DNA from: Patescibacteria group bacterium
GTDB lineage: Bacteria > Patescibacteriota > Microgenomatia > UBA8517
Assembly (NCBI GenBank): GCA_041742135.1
Contig: JBGSJG010000004.1
Coordinates: 235,773-299,772 of the forward strand
Length of the DNA stretch: 64,000 bases
Direction: 5' to 3'
Of the stretch, positions 37,127-46,072 are shown piece after piece (within the stretch, counting starts at the first letter, position 1; the number at the start of each line of letters is the position of its first letter). The translations under genes and the position numbers were made by a program. A model generated the notes under the pieces. It was not told the DNA's origin, did no database searches, and worked only from the letters and a program-made list of their open reading frames with translations.

Positions 37127-37387
37127 CTAGTGCCGCTCGCCATAGCCAAAAGTACGAATTTCCTCTCTGCGAGTTGCTGCAGTTTTAACTTCAATCAAGG
37201 TCATGGCTCTTTCTTGGGCGGGCGTAACAGTGTCCACTGGACGTGGGTTTGGCTCGCCAATCCACACCCGTGCCGCTTCTATGCGCGCTTGTCTTTTTTC
37301 TTCGTCGGTCATGACAACCTCAACTGGTTCTTGCGCAACATGAGCGTTGGTTCTACTAAAACGGCCAATAACTCGTCCGAATTCCAT
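37127..37387 (-). CDS. Hypothetical small protein
   Basis: 86 aa. Confidence 0.3.
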   Translation of the reverse strand: MEFGRVIGRFSRTNAHVAQEPVEVVMTDEEKRQARIEAARVWIGEPNPRPVDTVTPAQERAMTLIEVKTAATRREEIRTFGYGERH

Positions 37388-37438
37388 TATGGCTCGAATT
37401 ATACCAAATTGCTGGTTTTATATCAAAATATCGTCAGT

Positions 37439-38041
37439 TTATTGCTTTTGCTTTGGAAATACTGCATGCAAATTTTCGGCAAGAAATTGCTCTACGCATG
37501 ATAGTTGCAGACACGTGAGTACGGTGCTGCTTGGCGCGCTTAGCCTTTCGTACTGTCCTTGTAATCTTTTTTGAAGCTCGCGCTCTACTGTCTCCCAGGT
37601 TTCCATTCTGCCAAGATCGTCTAGGTCTTCACGGTAGATCTGCACCATGTGTGAGGCTGCTTGAGATTCTACGATTTTAAGAGCAACCTCGCCCGATGGT
37701 TTTTCGTGTCTGATTATCCAATCTCTAAAAGCTCGATATTGATGGTCTTCGGGTAATGAGTCGAAATATGAAATTCTCTCCATGATCGCTACTTTAAAAA
37801 ACGGGGGCATGCAAGCAGCCGGTGTGTTATTAAACATTATTGGTTCTAAATTCTGAAGAGTGGGGCATGAACAAAGTGATTGGGATATTGCAAAAAGCAT
37901 ACTGTTGATACTTCCGGGCGCGCAATCTTCCATTTCAGCGACAGCCAACGTACTCCAGGTGCTCATTGCTGTTTTTATCTGTACGGCAGCATAAAGATCT
38001 ACGGCAGCCAAACTATCGATTGATGGAATCTCGATGCTCAT
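37439..38041 (-). CDS. Hypothetical protein
   Basis: 200 aa. Confidence 0.4.
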   Translation of the reverse strand: MSIEIPSIDSLAAVDLYAAVQIKTAMSTWSTLAVAEMEDCAPGSINSMLFAISQSLCSCPTLQNLEPIMFNNTPAACMPPFFKVAIMERISYFDSLPEDHQYRAFRDWIIRHEKPSGEVALKIVESQAASHMVQIYREDLDDLGRMETWETVERELQKRLQGQYERLSAPSSTVLTCLQLSCVEQFLAENLHAVFPKQKQ

Positions 38042-38066
38042 ATTAACAATAAAAAGGAGGGCAGTT

Positions 38067-38087
38067 GTGTGCCGAGATTAGGATTCG
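38067..38087. repeat. 21-bp direct repeat copying the 3' end of tRNA-Tyr (the second copy is 38143-38163, inside the tRNA)
   Basis: The exact string gtgtgccgagattaggattcg occurs twice, 76 nt apart. The upstream copy lacks the rest of a tRNA. Confidence 0.7.
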
Positions 38088-38145
38088 CCGTGCAAAACAA
38101 ACTCCCGATGCGCTATCGAATCATAATAAGGCACGAGCAAAGCGT

Positions 38146-38231
38146 GTGCCGAGATTAGGATTCGAACCTAAGCAGGCCTTTCGGCCGCCAGATTTACAGT
38201 CTGGTGCGATTGTCCACTCCGCCATCTCGGC
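38146..38231 (-). tRNA. tRNA-Tyr (anticodon GTA), type II with a long variable arm
   Basis: Acceptor GCCGAGA/TCTCGGC, anticodon loop CTGTAAA and variable arm GCGGCCGAAAGGCCTGC. Confidence 0.85.
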
Positions 38232-38258
38232 CCTTCAAGTTCTTCAGGGTAAACTTTG

Positions 38259-38331
38259 AGCCTTCCTTGGGATTCGAACCCAAGACCCCCTGTTTACAAA
38301 ACAGGTGCTCTAACCGCTGAGCTAGGAAGGC
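38259..38331 (-). tRNA. tRNA-Thr (anticodon TGT)
   Basis: Acceptor GCCTTCC/GGAAGGC and anticodon loop TTTGTAA. Confidence 0.85.
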
Positions 38332-38600
38332 AAGCAAAAGAATTATACCAGATTTGAGGCAAAACCATCAAAGAAGCTTGTGACCCCGCCTAGGGGTTTT
38401 CGGACGTCTTTTCCTGGAAAAAACCAGGTGGGCTAAGCTATTCCAGCGCTTTCGCAACCGGAAACGCGCTTCCCGACACCAGGCCGAGGTTTGGGCTTTC
38501 CCCAAACTCCCAAAAGTGACGTAGTCAGGAAAAGTCTACCGATCACCCTTTAGCAGGGTCATGTATATTTTACCATTGTGAAGCAATGGAAGTAGTGGCA
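38332..38600. other. ORF-free hairpin-rich segment; candidate structured ncRNA or tRNA-operon leader
   Basis: There are five consecutive GC-rich stem-loops, listed in the matching finding. Confidence 0.25.
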
Positions 38601-38602
38601 AT

Positions 38603-39238
38603 TTATATGCCCGGGATATAAACAGAAAGCAAAAAGTCGATAATTGGGGATAATATTGCAAAAACTGGTGAGCTTCCAAAGACTGGGAAAATTAAGATTA
38701 TAAGTATAAACATGCCATAGCGATGCATTATCGCGTCTACCTGTGCGGCTTCTTTTGGAGGCAAAAGGGCGACTAAAATTTTGCCTCCATCCAGAGGGTG
38801 AACGGGAACTAAGTTAAAAATTGCCAGCACTACGTTAAGCATTATAAAGGGAGGAATAAAAGGTGCTAAAAATGCGATCCCTGAAAAAGGCATTAGGCTT
38901 ATGCGAAGAATTACAGACAAAGCGCTTGCCAAAATTAAATTTGAGGCAGGACCAGCAAGGGAGATTATAGCAGTGTCACGTCTAGGGTTTTCCAAATTGA
39001 ACGGATCAAATTGTACAGGGCGCCCCCAGCCAAAGCGAACCAATAGAAGCATCAGAGTGCCCAATGGATCCAGATGTGCCAAAGGATTTAAGGTCAAGCG
39101 GCCTTGAAGGCGTGGGGTTGGGTCTCCGAGCCGTACAGCAGTCCAGGCGTGAGCAAATTCGTGCACAGTCACAGCAGAAACTAAGGCTGCTGCCCAAAAA
39201 AGGAATTGAAGTGGATCAGAAAAAAGATAGCCAATCAT
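38603..39238 (-). CDS. Site-2 protease family (peptidase M50) membrane metalloprotease
   Basis: The HExxH motif is VHEFAHAWTA. NPLAHLDPLG follows. Confidence 0.7.
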   Translation of the reverse strand: MIGYLFSDPLQFLFWAAALVSAVTVHEFAHAWTAVRLGDPTPRLQGRLTLNPLAHLDPLGTLMLLLVRFGWGRPVQFDPFNLENPRRDTAIISLAGPASNLILASALSVILRISLMPFSGIAFLAPFIPPFIMLNVVLAIFNLVPVHPLDGGKILVALLPPKEAAQVDAIMHRYGMFILIILIFPVFGSSPVFAILSPIIDFLLSVYIPGI

Positions 39239-39282
39239 TAAAGTCTTAATATTATACTAAATCTGTGCTACAATACCTAGCA

Positions 39283-39522
39283 ATGTCAATGGTTTGTTAC
39301 ATATGCGGAAAGAGGTCGGTTTTTGGTAGTTCCCAGAAGCACCGAAGGGGTGTTGCTGGAAAACGATGGAAAAACCGCGTTACACCAACTCCTCGTCTTT
39401 TTAAGCCTAATTTACAGGTTGCCAGTGTTCAAGTGGAAGGCCGTGAAGTCCGAGTGAAGACTTGTGCAAAGTGCCTTAAAAGAATTAAGAAAAATAAGTC
39501 CGAAGCCTTCATGCAAGCTTAG
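39283..39522 (+). CDS. rpmB: 50S ribosomal protein L28
   Basis: MSMVCYICGKRSVFGSSQKH...KPNLQ is the L28 signature. An extended -10 TGcTACAAT sits 9 nt upstream of the ATG. Confidence 0.7.
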   Translation: MSMVCYICGKRSVFGSSQKHRRGVAGKRWKNRVTPTPRLFKPNLQVASVQVEGREVRVKTCAKCLKRIKKNKSEAFMQA

Positions 39523-40273
39523 TACTAAATCCTTCAATATTTGCATCAGACTTCACGAATTTGCCATCTAGGTCAAAGAATACAATTTCTGGCTTACCGA
39601 AAGTGGAGTGTCTTTGTTGTCGGATATTGTGGTATTCACCAAGACCACCCAAAGCGTTTTGAAAATTAGACAAGCTAAGAAGATCGCTCGGTTCAAGGCC
39701 GTAAATTTCGCGACTGTCAATTTTTTTCATGGCCAAACCGAATGGAATTGACCCAGAAGGTGTTTCTAGGGCCAAAATCGTGTTAACAGGATATGTGGAA
39801 ATTACCATACCTTTAAATTCGGCTGGCCCTCTCCTGAAGGCCGAGTTGTGATTGGCGGCTCTAGCGAATATGTCTGCCTCGCATGCTTTATCCGTCCTGC
39901 CTAGTTTGGACATTTCCAGATCCAATATTGCAGATTGTAGTTGAGCTATGTTGCGTACCATACTCGGATAATTTTCCGCTTCGGGACTCAAGATAGCATA
40001 AATCCCGCTCATAATTTCCAGAAGTATTTCGGTATTTTGAGTTACAGGTAGGGGCAGGTCGAACGGAATTAACACTACGTTGTCTGTGGGTTTGCTTACT
40101 CCATCCTCCTTATCTACATAATGTTCATCAAAGCACATCATGTAATTCCCGCACTCCATTAGTCTTTCCGGAGATGTAATTTGTCGAAGTTGCTCTACTG
40201 TTAAGGACTTCACATCCACGTTTCGAAGACCGTCTTCTATGCTCAAAACATGAGGCAATTCAGCTCCTTCCAT
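39509..40273 (-). CDS. Hypothetical protein
   Basis: 254 aa. Confidence 0.4.
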   Translation of the reverse strand: MEGAELPHVLSIEDGLRNVDVKSLTVEQLRQITSPERLMECGNYMMCFDEHYVDKEDGVSKPTDNVVLIPFDLPLPVTQNTEILLEIMSGIYAILSPEAENYPSMVRNIAQLQSAILDLEMSKLGRTDKACEADIFARAANHNSAFRRGPAEFKGMVISTYPVNTILALETPSGSIPFGLAMKKIDSREIYGLEPSDLLSLSNFQNALGGLGEYHNIRQQRHSTFGKPEIVFFDLDGKFVKSDANIEGFSTKLA

Positions 40274-40279
40274 ATAGTT

Positions 40280-41131
40280 TTAACTAGATAATTCAAAGCC
40301 GGAATGGCCTCTTTGAAACTCTTCCCAACTAACGGGATTTTTGCCTTCAAGCTGAACTTCGTCCAAAACGAGTTTGTCGTTCTCTAAGTGGCATTTTAAG
40401 ATCTTTAGTCTTAACACTTCGTTGTTAATTTTCACCTTAGTCCAAATTCCAGGCCAAGGATCATAAGCTCTAAATTTGTTGAAAGTTGTAGTCGGGTCTT
40501 CAAAAATGTTTTCAATATAGCCATCGTCTTTTTTAAGAATTTTAGTAAATGTTGCCTCATCATGATTTTGTTCTTTTAGGTTTATTTTGCCATTAACATA
40601 ATTTGGAATTAGCGCGACCAAAAAATCGACAGTTCGCTCAAATAATTTGTTGCGCAGTGTATCGTTGCTGTCATCCGGCAAAATATCTTCACGGAAACTG
40701 GAAACAATTGGGCCGTGATCCATAAGCTCATCCATTTTTATAATTGTTACTCCAGTTTGAGTCTCTCCCGCGGCGATCGCGCCTTGAATTGGGGAAGCTC
40801 CGCGATATTTGGGAAGAAGTGAGGGATGGACATTCAAAATTCCATGAGGGAAATGCTTAATTACTGAATTTGGAATTATTCTGCCATAAGCCGCCACGAC
40901 ACCAAGATCTGCCTCGGGAAGATCTGCAAAATCATGAAGGATTTGAATATTGCGATCAAAAGCCCATTTGTCGATAGGCGAGTATTCAAGAAGCTGCTTT
41001 CTGCCTGTTGGCTTGGGTGGTTGGGTGACAACAGCCACAACACCTTTTTCTCGGGTTGTCCGAAAAGCTTTGTAAAGGCCTTCGGCTATTGGGACTACGA
41101 AATCTGGTGTGCCAAAAAATATAATTTTCAT
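40280..41131 (-). CDS. fmt: Methionyl-tRNA formyltransferase
   Basis: MKIIFFGTPDFVVPIAEGL; N-terminal formyltransferase domain SLLPKYRGASPIQ. There is a 4-nt gap to the def stop. Confidence 0.85.
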   Translation of the reverse strand: MKIIFFGTPDFVVPIAEGLYKAFRTTREKGVVAVVTQPPKPTGRKQLLEYSPIDKWAFDRNIQILHDFADLPEADLGVVAAYGRIIPNSVIKHFPHGILNVHPSLLPKYRGASPIQGAIAAGETQTGVTIIKMDELMDHGPIVSSFREDILPDDSNDTLRNKLFERTVDFLVALIPNYVNGKINLKEQNHDEATFTKILKKDDGYIENIFEDPTTTFNKFRAYDPWPGIWTKVKINNEVLRLKILKCHLENDKLVLDEVQLEGKNPVSWEEFQRGHSGFELSS

Positions 41132-41135
41132 ACTT

Positions 41136-41657
41136 CTACGCCAGCTCAACTTCCTCGAACTCATCTCCATCAAATTTATACAAAGGTGCGTTTTGGCCCA
41201 AGATGTGATCAATAAAAAGCACGCCTTTTAAGTGATCAGTTTCGTGGGCGATGATATGGGCCATGAAGCCTTTGAAAGTTTCTCTTTTTTTGGTACCTTT
41301 TTCGTCCAAATAGTCAATTGTAATTTCCTCGGGTCGCTTAATCGGGCCGTAGTAATGAGGCAAAGATAGGCATCCTTCCAGCGTTTTTTCTTTCCTTTTG
41401 GTTTTGGGCAAGTCAGCAACGGAAATTATTTTGGGATTAATTACAACAAGTTCTGTGCCTTCAAAGTTAACCAAAAAAATCTGCAACGACTTGCCGATTT
41501 GAGGTGCCGCAAGACCAATACCCTCAGGGTCGTTAGCCGCTGTTAAAGTTTCCTTCATGTCTGAAATCAGACCAAGAACTTTTTTATCGATCACGCCGAC
41601 GGCTTTAGCTTTTTGCCGCAAGATCGGGTCTTTTATATCAACAAATTTAAGAATCAT
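41136..41657 (-). CDS. def: Peptide deformylase
   Basis: GIGLAAPQIG, EGCLSLP and HETDHL are the three PDF motifs. Confidence 0.9.
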   Translation of the reverse strand: MILKFVDIKDPILRQKAKAVGVIDKKVLGLISDMKETLTAANDPEGIGLAAPQIGKSLQIFLVNFEGTELVVINPKIISVADLPKTKRKEKTLEGCLSLPHYYGPIKRPEEITIDYLDEKGTKKRETFKGFMAHIIAHETDHLKGVLFIDHILGQNAPLYKFDGDEFEEVELA

Positions 41658-42148
41658 ATCTGTAGTATACCAAAAGTGGCATGTAAACTCTTTGCTTTTT
41701 CGTAATCCGGCTTTAGCTCTAGTGTTTTGAGCAGAGTTTTTTTGGCCAATTCTTTGTGGCCGAGCTTAAGATAATTAAGCGTTAGTTGATAAGTGACCCA
41801 AGGGTCTGTGGGTGCAAGTTGCCGGAGACGCATGAGGACTTCGTTTTCGCGCCCGAGATACTCTGGATTATTTTCTGCCAAGTCAGAATAAGTAAGGCTA
41901 ATGGATTTAAGAAGTTTTATGTTTCTGGGGGAGGCGGAACTGGCCTTTTCCAAAAGACTTACCGCGTTTGAGGGCAGCTGGGCTGCATAGCCAATTTTGT
42001 AAAGCGGTTCACTCGAAAGTGCAATTGCCCGTTCGTAGTCTTTTTGCGAATAAAAATAATCAGCAAGCACGTAGCGCACAAGTGCGATGAGTAGGTAGCC
42101 AGTAGTGAATATGCAGGCAAGAGTTAATATTTTTTGCTTTAAGCTCAT
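41654..42148 (-). CDS. TPR-repeat protein with an N-terminal TM
   Basis: Tetratricopeptide-like 34-aa periodicity (A..Y......Y..A). Confidence 0.5.
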   Translation of the reverse strand: MSLKQKILTLACIFTTGYLLIALVRYVLADYFYSQKDYERAIALSSEPLYKIGYAAQLPSNAVSLLEKASSASPRNIKLLKSISLTYSDLAENNPEYLGRENEVLMRLRQLAPTDPWVTYQLTLNYLKLGHKELAKKTLLKTLELKPDYEKAKSLHATFGILQI

Positions 42149-43380
42149 TTTAATTTTAATGAAATTGCAGGGTATAGGAAAAACAAGAGCCCGATCGTAA
42201 CAGTCGAGAAGCCAAAAAAGTTAGTGACTAAAATGCTTGTGAATCCCGCTAGTAGTGCCCAACCGATGGCGGTTTTATTTTTCAAAAGCGTTTTAAGCAT
42301 TGCGAGAATCAAGATTGCATATGCTGCCAACCCAACGGTCCCTGTTGTTGCCGCGAAGTTAAGATACTCATTGTGAGCTTTGTTGTATAAAAAATTCCAT
42401 TCAGAAGTTGTGTTGTGTGAAGCTGGGCGAGTTTCATAGTAAGAAAACGCAAATGTTTCAACCCCTGTTCCCAGGATTGGATATTTTTTCCAAAGATCAA
42501 ATGCCCCTTCCCAGACAATTCGGCGAATGTCACCTGATTCAGTAACGCCCTCCACAGGTGGAGTGTCGGAAGCTTTAAATGGATTCCAAACAAAGACAGT
42601 AGCCAGCAGGCAATAGGTGGCTGTTAAAAGAAGTAGTGAGAAATGTTTTTTTAAACTTGGTAGCCAAAAAATTACGAAAGCGACTGCAAAGCCCAAAAGC
42701 CCTGAACGGGATTTTGTAAACAGAAGAGCAATAAACAGTAACAAAGAAAGCGCTACGTAGGTTCTGTCGTTTTTTGCGCGCATGGCAAATGCCCAACTTA
42801 CGGGGATTGCGGCGACTAAAACTGCGGCCAACCAATTTGGCTGGCCGAGTGTAGAAAATACACGTTCCTGCACATTTTGCACAAAACAATTGGTATCAAA
42901 TGCGCCTGATATTAATAAACACGACGGGCTTGCTCCTATGTGCTCAAACCCTGCCCACACTGCGACTATGCTAACTGAAATCAACAATGTTTTAATTATT
43001 CCTTTCGCTTGCTTTGTGTTAATAAAAGTAACTATCGCAAAGTATAAAATCGCGTAGGAAACCCACGACAAAAGCCCGCCATGAAATCGGCCATAATAGC
43101 CCAGTATCGAAGTTCTAGGGTCAATGGAAATGATTGTGGCGATAGTTTGTGAAAGCAAAAAAATTACAATTGGCAGAGTTAGGGGAGATTTTTTAAATAC
43201 GAATTTTTTTTGTTTTATGGATTCCAAGCTCCAAAAAAAGACAATAAGAATAGTAAATGCATAAACTAAAATAATCTTGGGAAACTCGAATATTTCAGAA
43301 AATTTTGGAAAAAAAGTTAGAGGTAAGACAAAAACAAGAAGATGGATTAAAAATGCGACGGTTTTCATTTGACTGCTCAA
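42145..43380 (-). CDS. O-antigen ligase/polymerase-like polytopic membrane protein
   Basis: It has 10+ helices and KAHNEYLNFAATTGTVGL, a Wzy_C-type motif. Confidence 0.55.
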   Translation of the reverse strand: MSSQMKTVAFLIHLLVFVLPLTFFPKFSEIFEFPKIILVYAFTILIVFFWSLESIKQKKFVFKKSPLTLPIVIFLLSQTIATIISIDPRTSILGYYGRFHGGLLSWVSYAILYFAIVTFINTKQAKGIIKTLLISVSIVAVWAGFEHIGASPSCLLISGAFDTNCFVQNVQERVFSTLGQPNWLAAVLVAAIPVSWAFAMRAKNDRTYVALSLLLFIALLFTKSRSGLLGFAVAFVIFWLPSLKKHFSLLLLTATYCLLATVFVWNPFKASDTPPVEGVTESGDIRRIVWEGAFDLWKKYPILGTGVETFAFSYYETRPASHNTTSEWNFLYNKAHNEYLNFAATTGTVGLAAYAILILAMLKTLLKNKTAIGWALLAGFTSILVTNFFGFSTVTIGLLFFLYPAISLKLK

Positions 43381-43398
43381 TGATATACTCTAGGCACG

Positions 43399-44448
43399 AT
43401 GTTTCATAGACTTTGGGGACTTTTTTCGGATGATATAGGGATAGATTTGGGAACTGCCAACACACTAGTTTTTGTTCGCGGCAAAGGAATCATGATTCGC
43501 GAGCCCTCGGCAGTGGCTCGAAACAAAAAAACTAAAGAAATCTTGGCGATTGGAAGTGCGGCTAAAAAAATGGTTGGCAGAACGCCTGCTAATATCGAGG
43601 CCATCCGCCCGCTCAAAGATGGAGTTGTTGCAGATTTTGATGCAGCCGCGGCAATGCTTACCCATTATGTCAAACAAGTTCACCAATCTGGCGGGCTAGT
43701 TCCCAAAATTCCCCGCCCCAGAGTGGTAATTGGCATCCCATCGGGAGTTACTGAAGTGGAGAGACGGGCAGTTGCTGACGCTGCAATTGCTGCGGGTGCC
43801 AGAAAAGCTTATCTGGTGGAGGAGCCGATGGCTGCGGCGATTGGCGTTGGGCTTCCGATTTCAGAGCCTAAAGGAAATTTTATCGTAGACATTGGCGGCG
43901 GGACTACTGAGATTGCGGTGATTTCTTTGGGGGGAATCGTTATCGGCCGCTCAGTGCGAACAGCGGGAGATGAGATGGATGAGGCAATAATGAATTATCT
44001 TCGGCTAAAATACGCGCTACTTCTGGGCCAGCCTACCGCTGAGAATGTAAAGATAGAGATAGGCTCTGTGTCTCCTCACGAGAAGGGCGAGAAATTTGCA
44101 GTGGTTCGTGGAAGGGATTTGGAAACCGGCTTGCCTAAATCCATGAAAATTAGTAGTAGCGAAGTGCGTGAGGCCTTGCTGCCGATCGTTCAAGAGTTGG
44201 TGGGCAACATTAAAGATACTCTTGAGGAGGCACCGCCCGAGCTAGTGAGTGATGTAATGCGAGACGGCATTGTTTTGGCGGGAGGAGGCGCTTTGATTGA
44301 GGGCATCGACAAAGTGATCGCGGAAGCTACAAAAACAAAAGTCATAGTTGCAGAGGACGCAATGAGTGCAGTGGCCCGTGGGTGTGGCAAACTTCTTGAT
44401 GATCCCGCGCTTTTGGCACAAGTAAATGTGACAGCAGGGCTTCGCTAG
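43399..44448 (+). CDS. mreB: Rod-shape protein MreB (paralogue 2, full length)
   Basis: DIGIDLGTANTLVFV...DIGGGTTEIAVISLGG. An extended -10 TGaTATACT sits 9 nt upstream of the ATG. Confidence 0.9.
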   Translation: MFHRLWGLFSDDIGIDLGTANTLVFVRGKGIMIREPSAVARNKKTKEILAIGSAAKKMVGRTPANIEAIRPLKDGVVADFDAAAAMLTHYVKQVHQSGGLVPKIPRPRVVIGIPSGVTEVERRAVADAAIAAGARKAYLVEEPMAAAIGVGLPISEPKGNFIVDIGGGTTEIAVISLGGIVIGRSVRTAGDEMDEAIMNYLRLKYALLLGQPTAENVKIEIGSVSPHEKGEKFAVVRGRDLETGLPKSMKISSSEVREALLPIVQELVGNIKDTLEEAPPELVSDVMRDGIVLAGGGALIEGIDKVIAEATKTKVIVAEDAMSAVARGCGKLLDDPALLAQVNVTAGLR

Positions 44449-44470
44449 CTCGTGGTAAACTGAGCTTGTC

Positions 44471-46072
44471 ATGATGCATAACGCTGCGACTCGCCCAGAA
44501 CAGAGTTGGCTTTCTTGGTTCTTCCGAGGTCTTTTGATTCTTGGGGCCTTGATAATTTTTGCGAGGCTTGCAGAGCTTCAGGTAATTAAAGGCGCATATT
44601 TTCGATCCCTTGCCGAGGGAAACCGTATCCGCCACGTTCCAATAGTTGCGGCTCGGGGAAAAATTCTTGATCGAAATGGAGTTGTCATCGTAGATAACAC
44701 TCCTGTTAAAAAAACTGCAAAATTTGATCCCTTGGAAGGCTATACAAAAATTGACGCAGGAGATGCTCCTGAAAACGAAGTCATTACTGAATGGAAGCGA
44801 GAGTATGTGTATGGAGAAGTTTTTGGACACATAACTGGTTATCTAAACGAGGTCGACGCTAATGAAGTAAACAAGGTAGATGTGTCATGCCCGCAAAAAG
44901 GCTCAAGGCCATTGGGCTCATCTGTGGGGCGTGTGGGATTGGAACAATATTACGATTGTACATTGCGAGGAATTGATGGCGAAGAACTTGTAGAGGTGGA
45001 CACAATGGGAAACCGCATTCGCACACTGGGCCGCAAACAGCCAATTCCGGGCACTGATGTTAAAACTTCACTCGACTACAAACTTCAAAGGAAACTTGCT
45101 GAATCTATGAAAGACGTGGCAGGGGTTTCTGTTGTGAGTACTCCTGATGGTGAAGTTCTGGCCATGTACTCAGCGCCAAGTTTTGACCCAAATGTTTTTA
45201 TTGATCAAGACAATGAAGCGATTGGGGAGCTTTTGATAGATGAAAATTTACCAATGTTTAATCGCGCGATAGCTGGAACTTATCACCCCGGGTCAATCTA
45301 CAAGATAGTGACGGTAGCTGCGGCTGTAAACGAGGGCACGATTGATGAGGATTATACATATGTTGATACGGGGAGAATCACCATCGACGAGTTTGAATAC
45401 AGGAATTGGTATCTGACACAGTATGGCGGAGTTGAGGGCGAGATAAACGTTGTCCGGGCTTTTGCACGCTCTACGGACACATTTTTCTACGAAATAGGGG
45501 ACAAACTTGGGGCGGAGAAATTAGCCGAGTGGTCAAAAAAGTATGGTCTTGATAAACCGACTGGACTAGATTTGCCCGGTGAGGTTTCGGGACTTGTGCC
45601 ATCTCCAGAATGGAAAAAAGCTGTGAAGGGTGAGAGGTGGTTTTTGGGCAACACTTATCACATGGCGATTGGCCAGGGGGACTTGGCCGTGACGCCTTTG
45701 GAAAATCATAGGCTTGCCATGTCTGTGGCAAATGGCGGCAGCATTTGTAGTTTGGGTCTTGCGAAAGAGAGCAGTTGTACATTTTTGGGCCTTGAAGACA
45801 CTTCGATGGAGCTACTTAAAAAAGGTATGAAAGCTGCGTGCGATCCGGGAGGAACCGGTTCGCCATTTTTTGATTTTGAGCCCGATGTAGCTTGCAAAAC
45901 CGGAACTGCAGAAACAGGGCGGGAAGACGAGACTCATGCCTGGTTTAGTGTTTATGGCCCAATAGACGAGCCCAAATATGTTGTTACTGTTTTAGTTGAA
46001 AAAGGTGGGGAGGGTAGTAAAGTCGCAGCTCCAATCGCCCGTGAAGTTATGGACTTTATTTTTCATCCGTGA
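44471..46072 (+). CDS. mrdA: Penicillin-binding protein 2 (peptidoglycan D,D-transpeptidase)
   Basis: N-terminal TM, RGKILDRNGVV, S-x-x-K as PGSIYKI, and KTGTAE. Confidence 0.85.
   Translation: MMHNAATRPEQSWLSWFFRGLLILGALIIFARLAELQVIKGAYFRSLAEGNRIRHVPIVAARGKILDRNGVVIVDNTPVKKTAKFDPLEGYTKIDAGDAPENEVITEWKREYVYGEVFGHITGYLNEVDANEVNKVDVSCPQKGSRPLGSSVGRVGLEQYYDCTLRGIDGEELVEVDTMGNRIRTLGRKQPIPGTDVKTSLDYKLQRKLAESMKDVAGVSVVSTPDGEVLAMYSAPSFDPNVFIDQDNEAIGELLIDENLPMFNRAIAGTYHPGSIYKIVTVAAAVNEGTIDEDYTYVDTGRITIDEFEYRNWYLTQYGGVEGEINVVRAFARSTDTFFYEIGDKLGAEKLAEWSKKYGLDKPTGLDLPGEVSGLVPSPEWKKAVKGERWFLGNTYHMAIGQGDLAVTPLENHRLAMSVANGGSICSLGLAKESSCTFLGLEDTSMELLKKGMKAACDPGGTGSPFFDFEPDVACKTGTAETGREDETHAWFSVYGPIDEPKYVVTVLVEKGGEGSKVAAPIAREVMDFIFHP

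Noticed and set aside
38065-38259. 64-aa plus-strand ORF (MCAEIRIRRAKQ...)
   Set aside because: It lies entirely over the minus-strand tRNA-Tyr, the 21-bp tRNA repeat and the spacer. It is an artefact of tRNA sequence read in another frame.
38332-38600. Tested as SRP RNA, tmRNA, RNase P RNA and 6S RNA
   Set aside because: I could not find the GGAA-tetraloop/AGCA domain-IV motif, the tRNA-like GGTTCGA...ACCA end of tmRNA, or the GGAAAGTCCGGGC P4 motif. It is kept only as an unclassified structured element.
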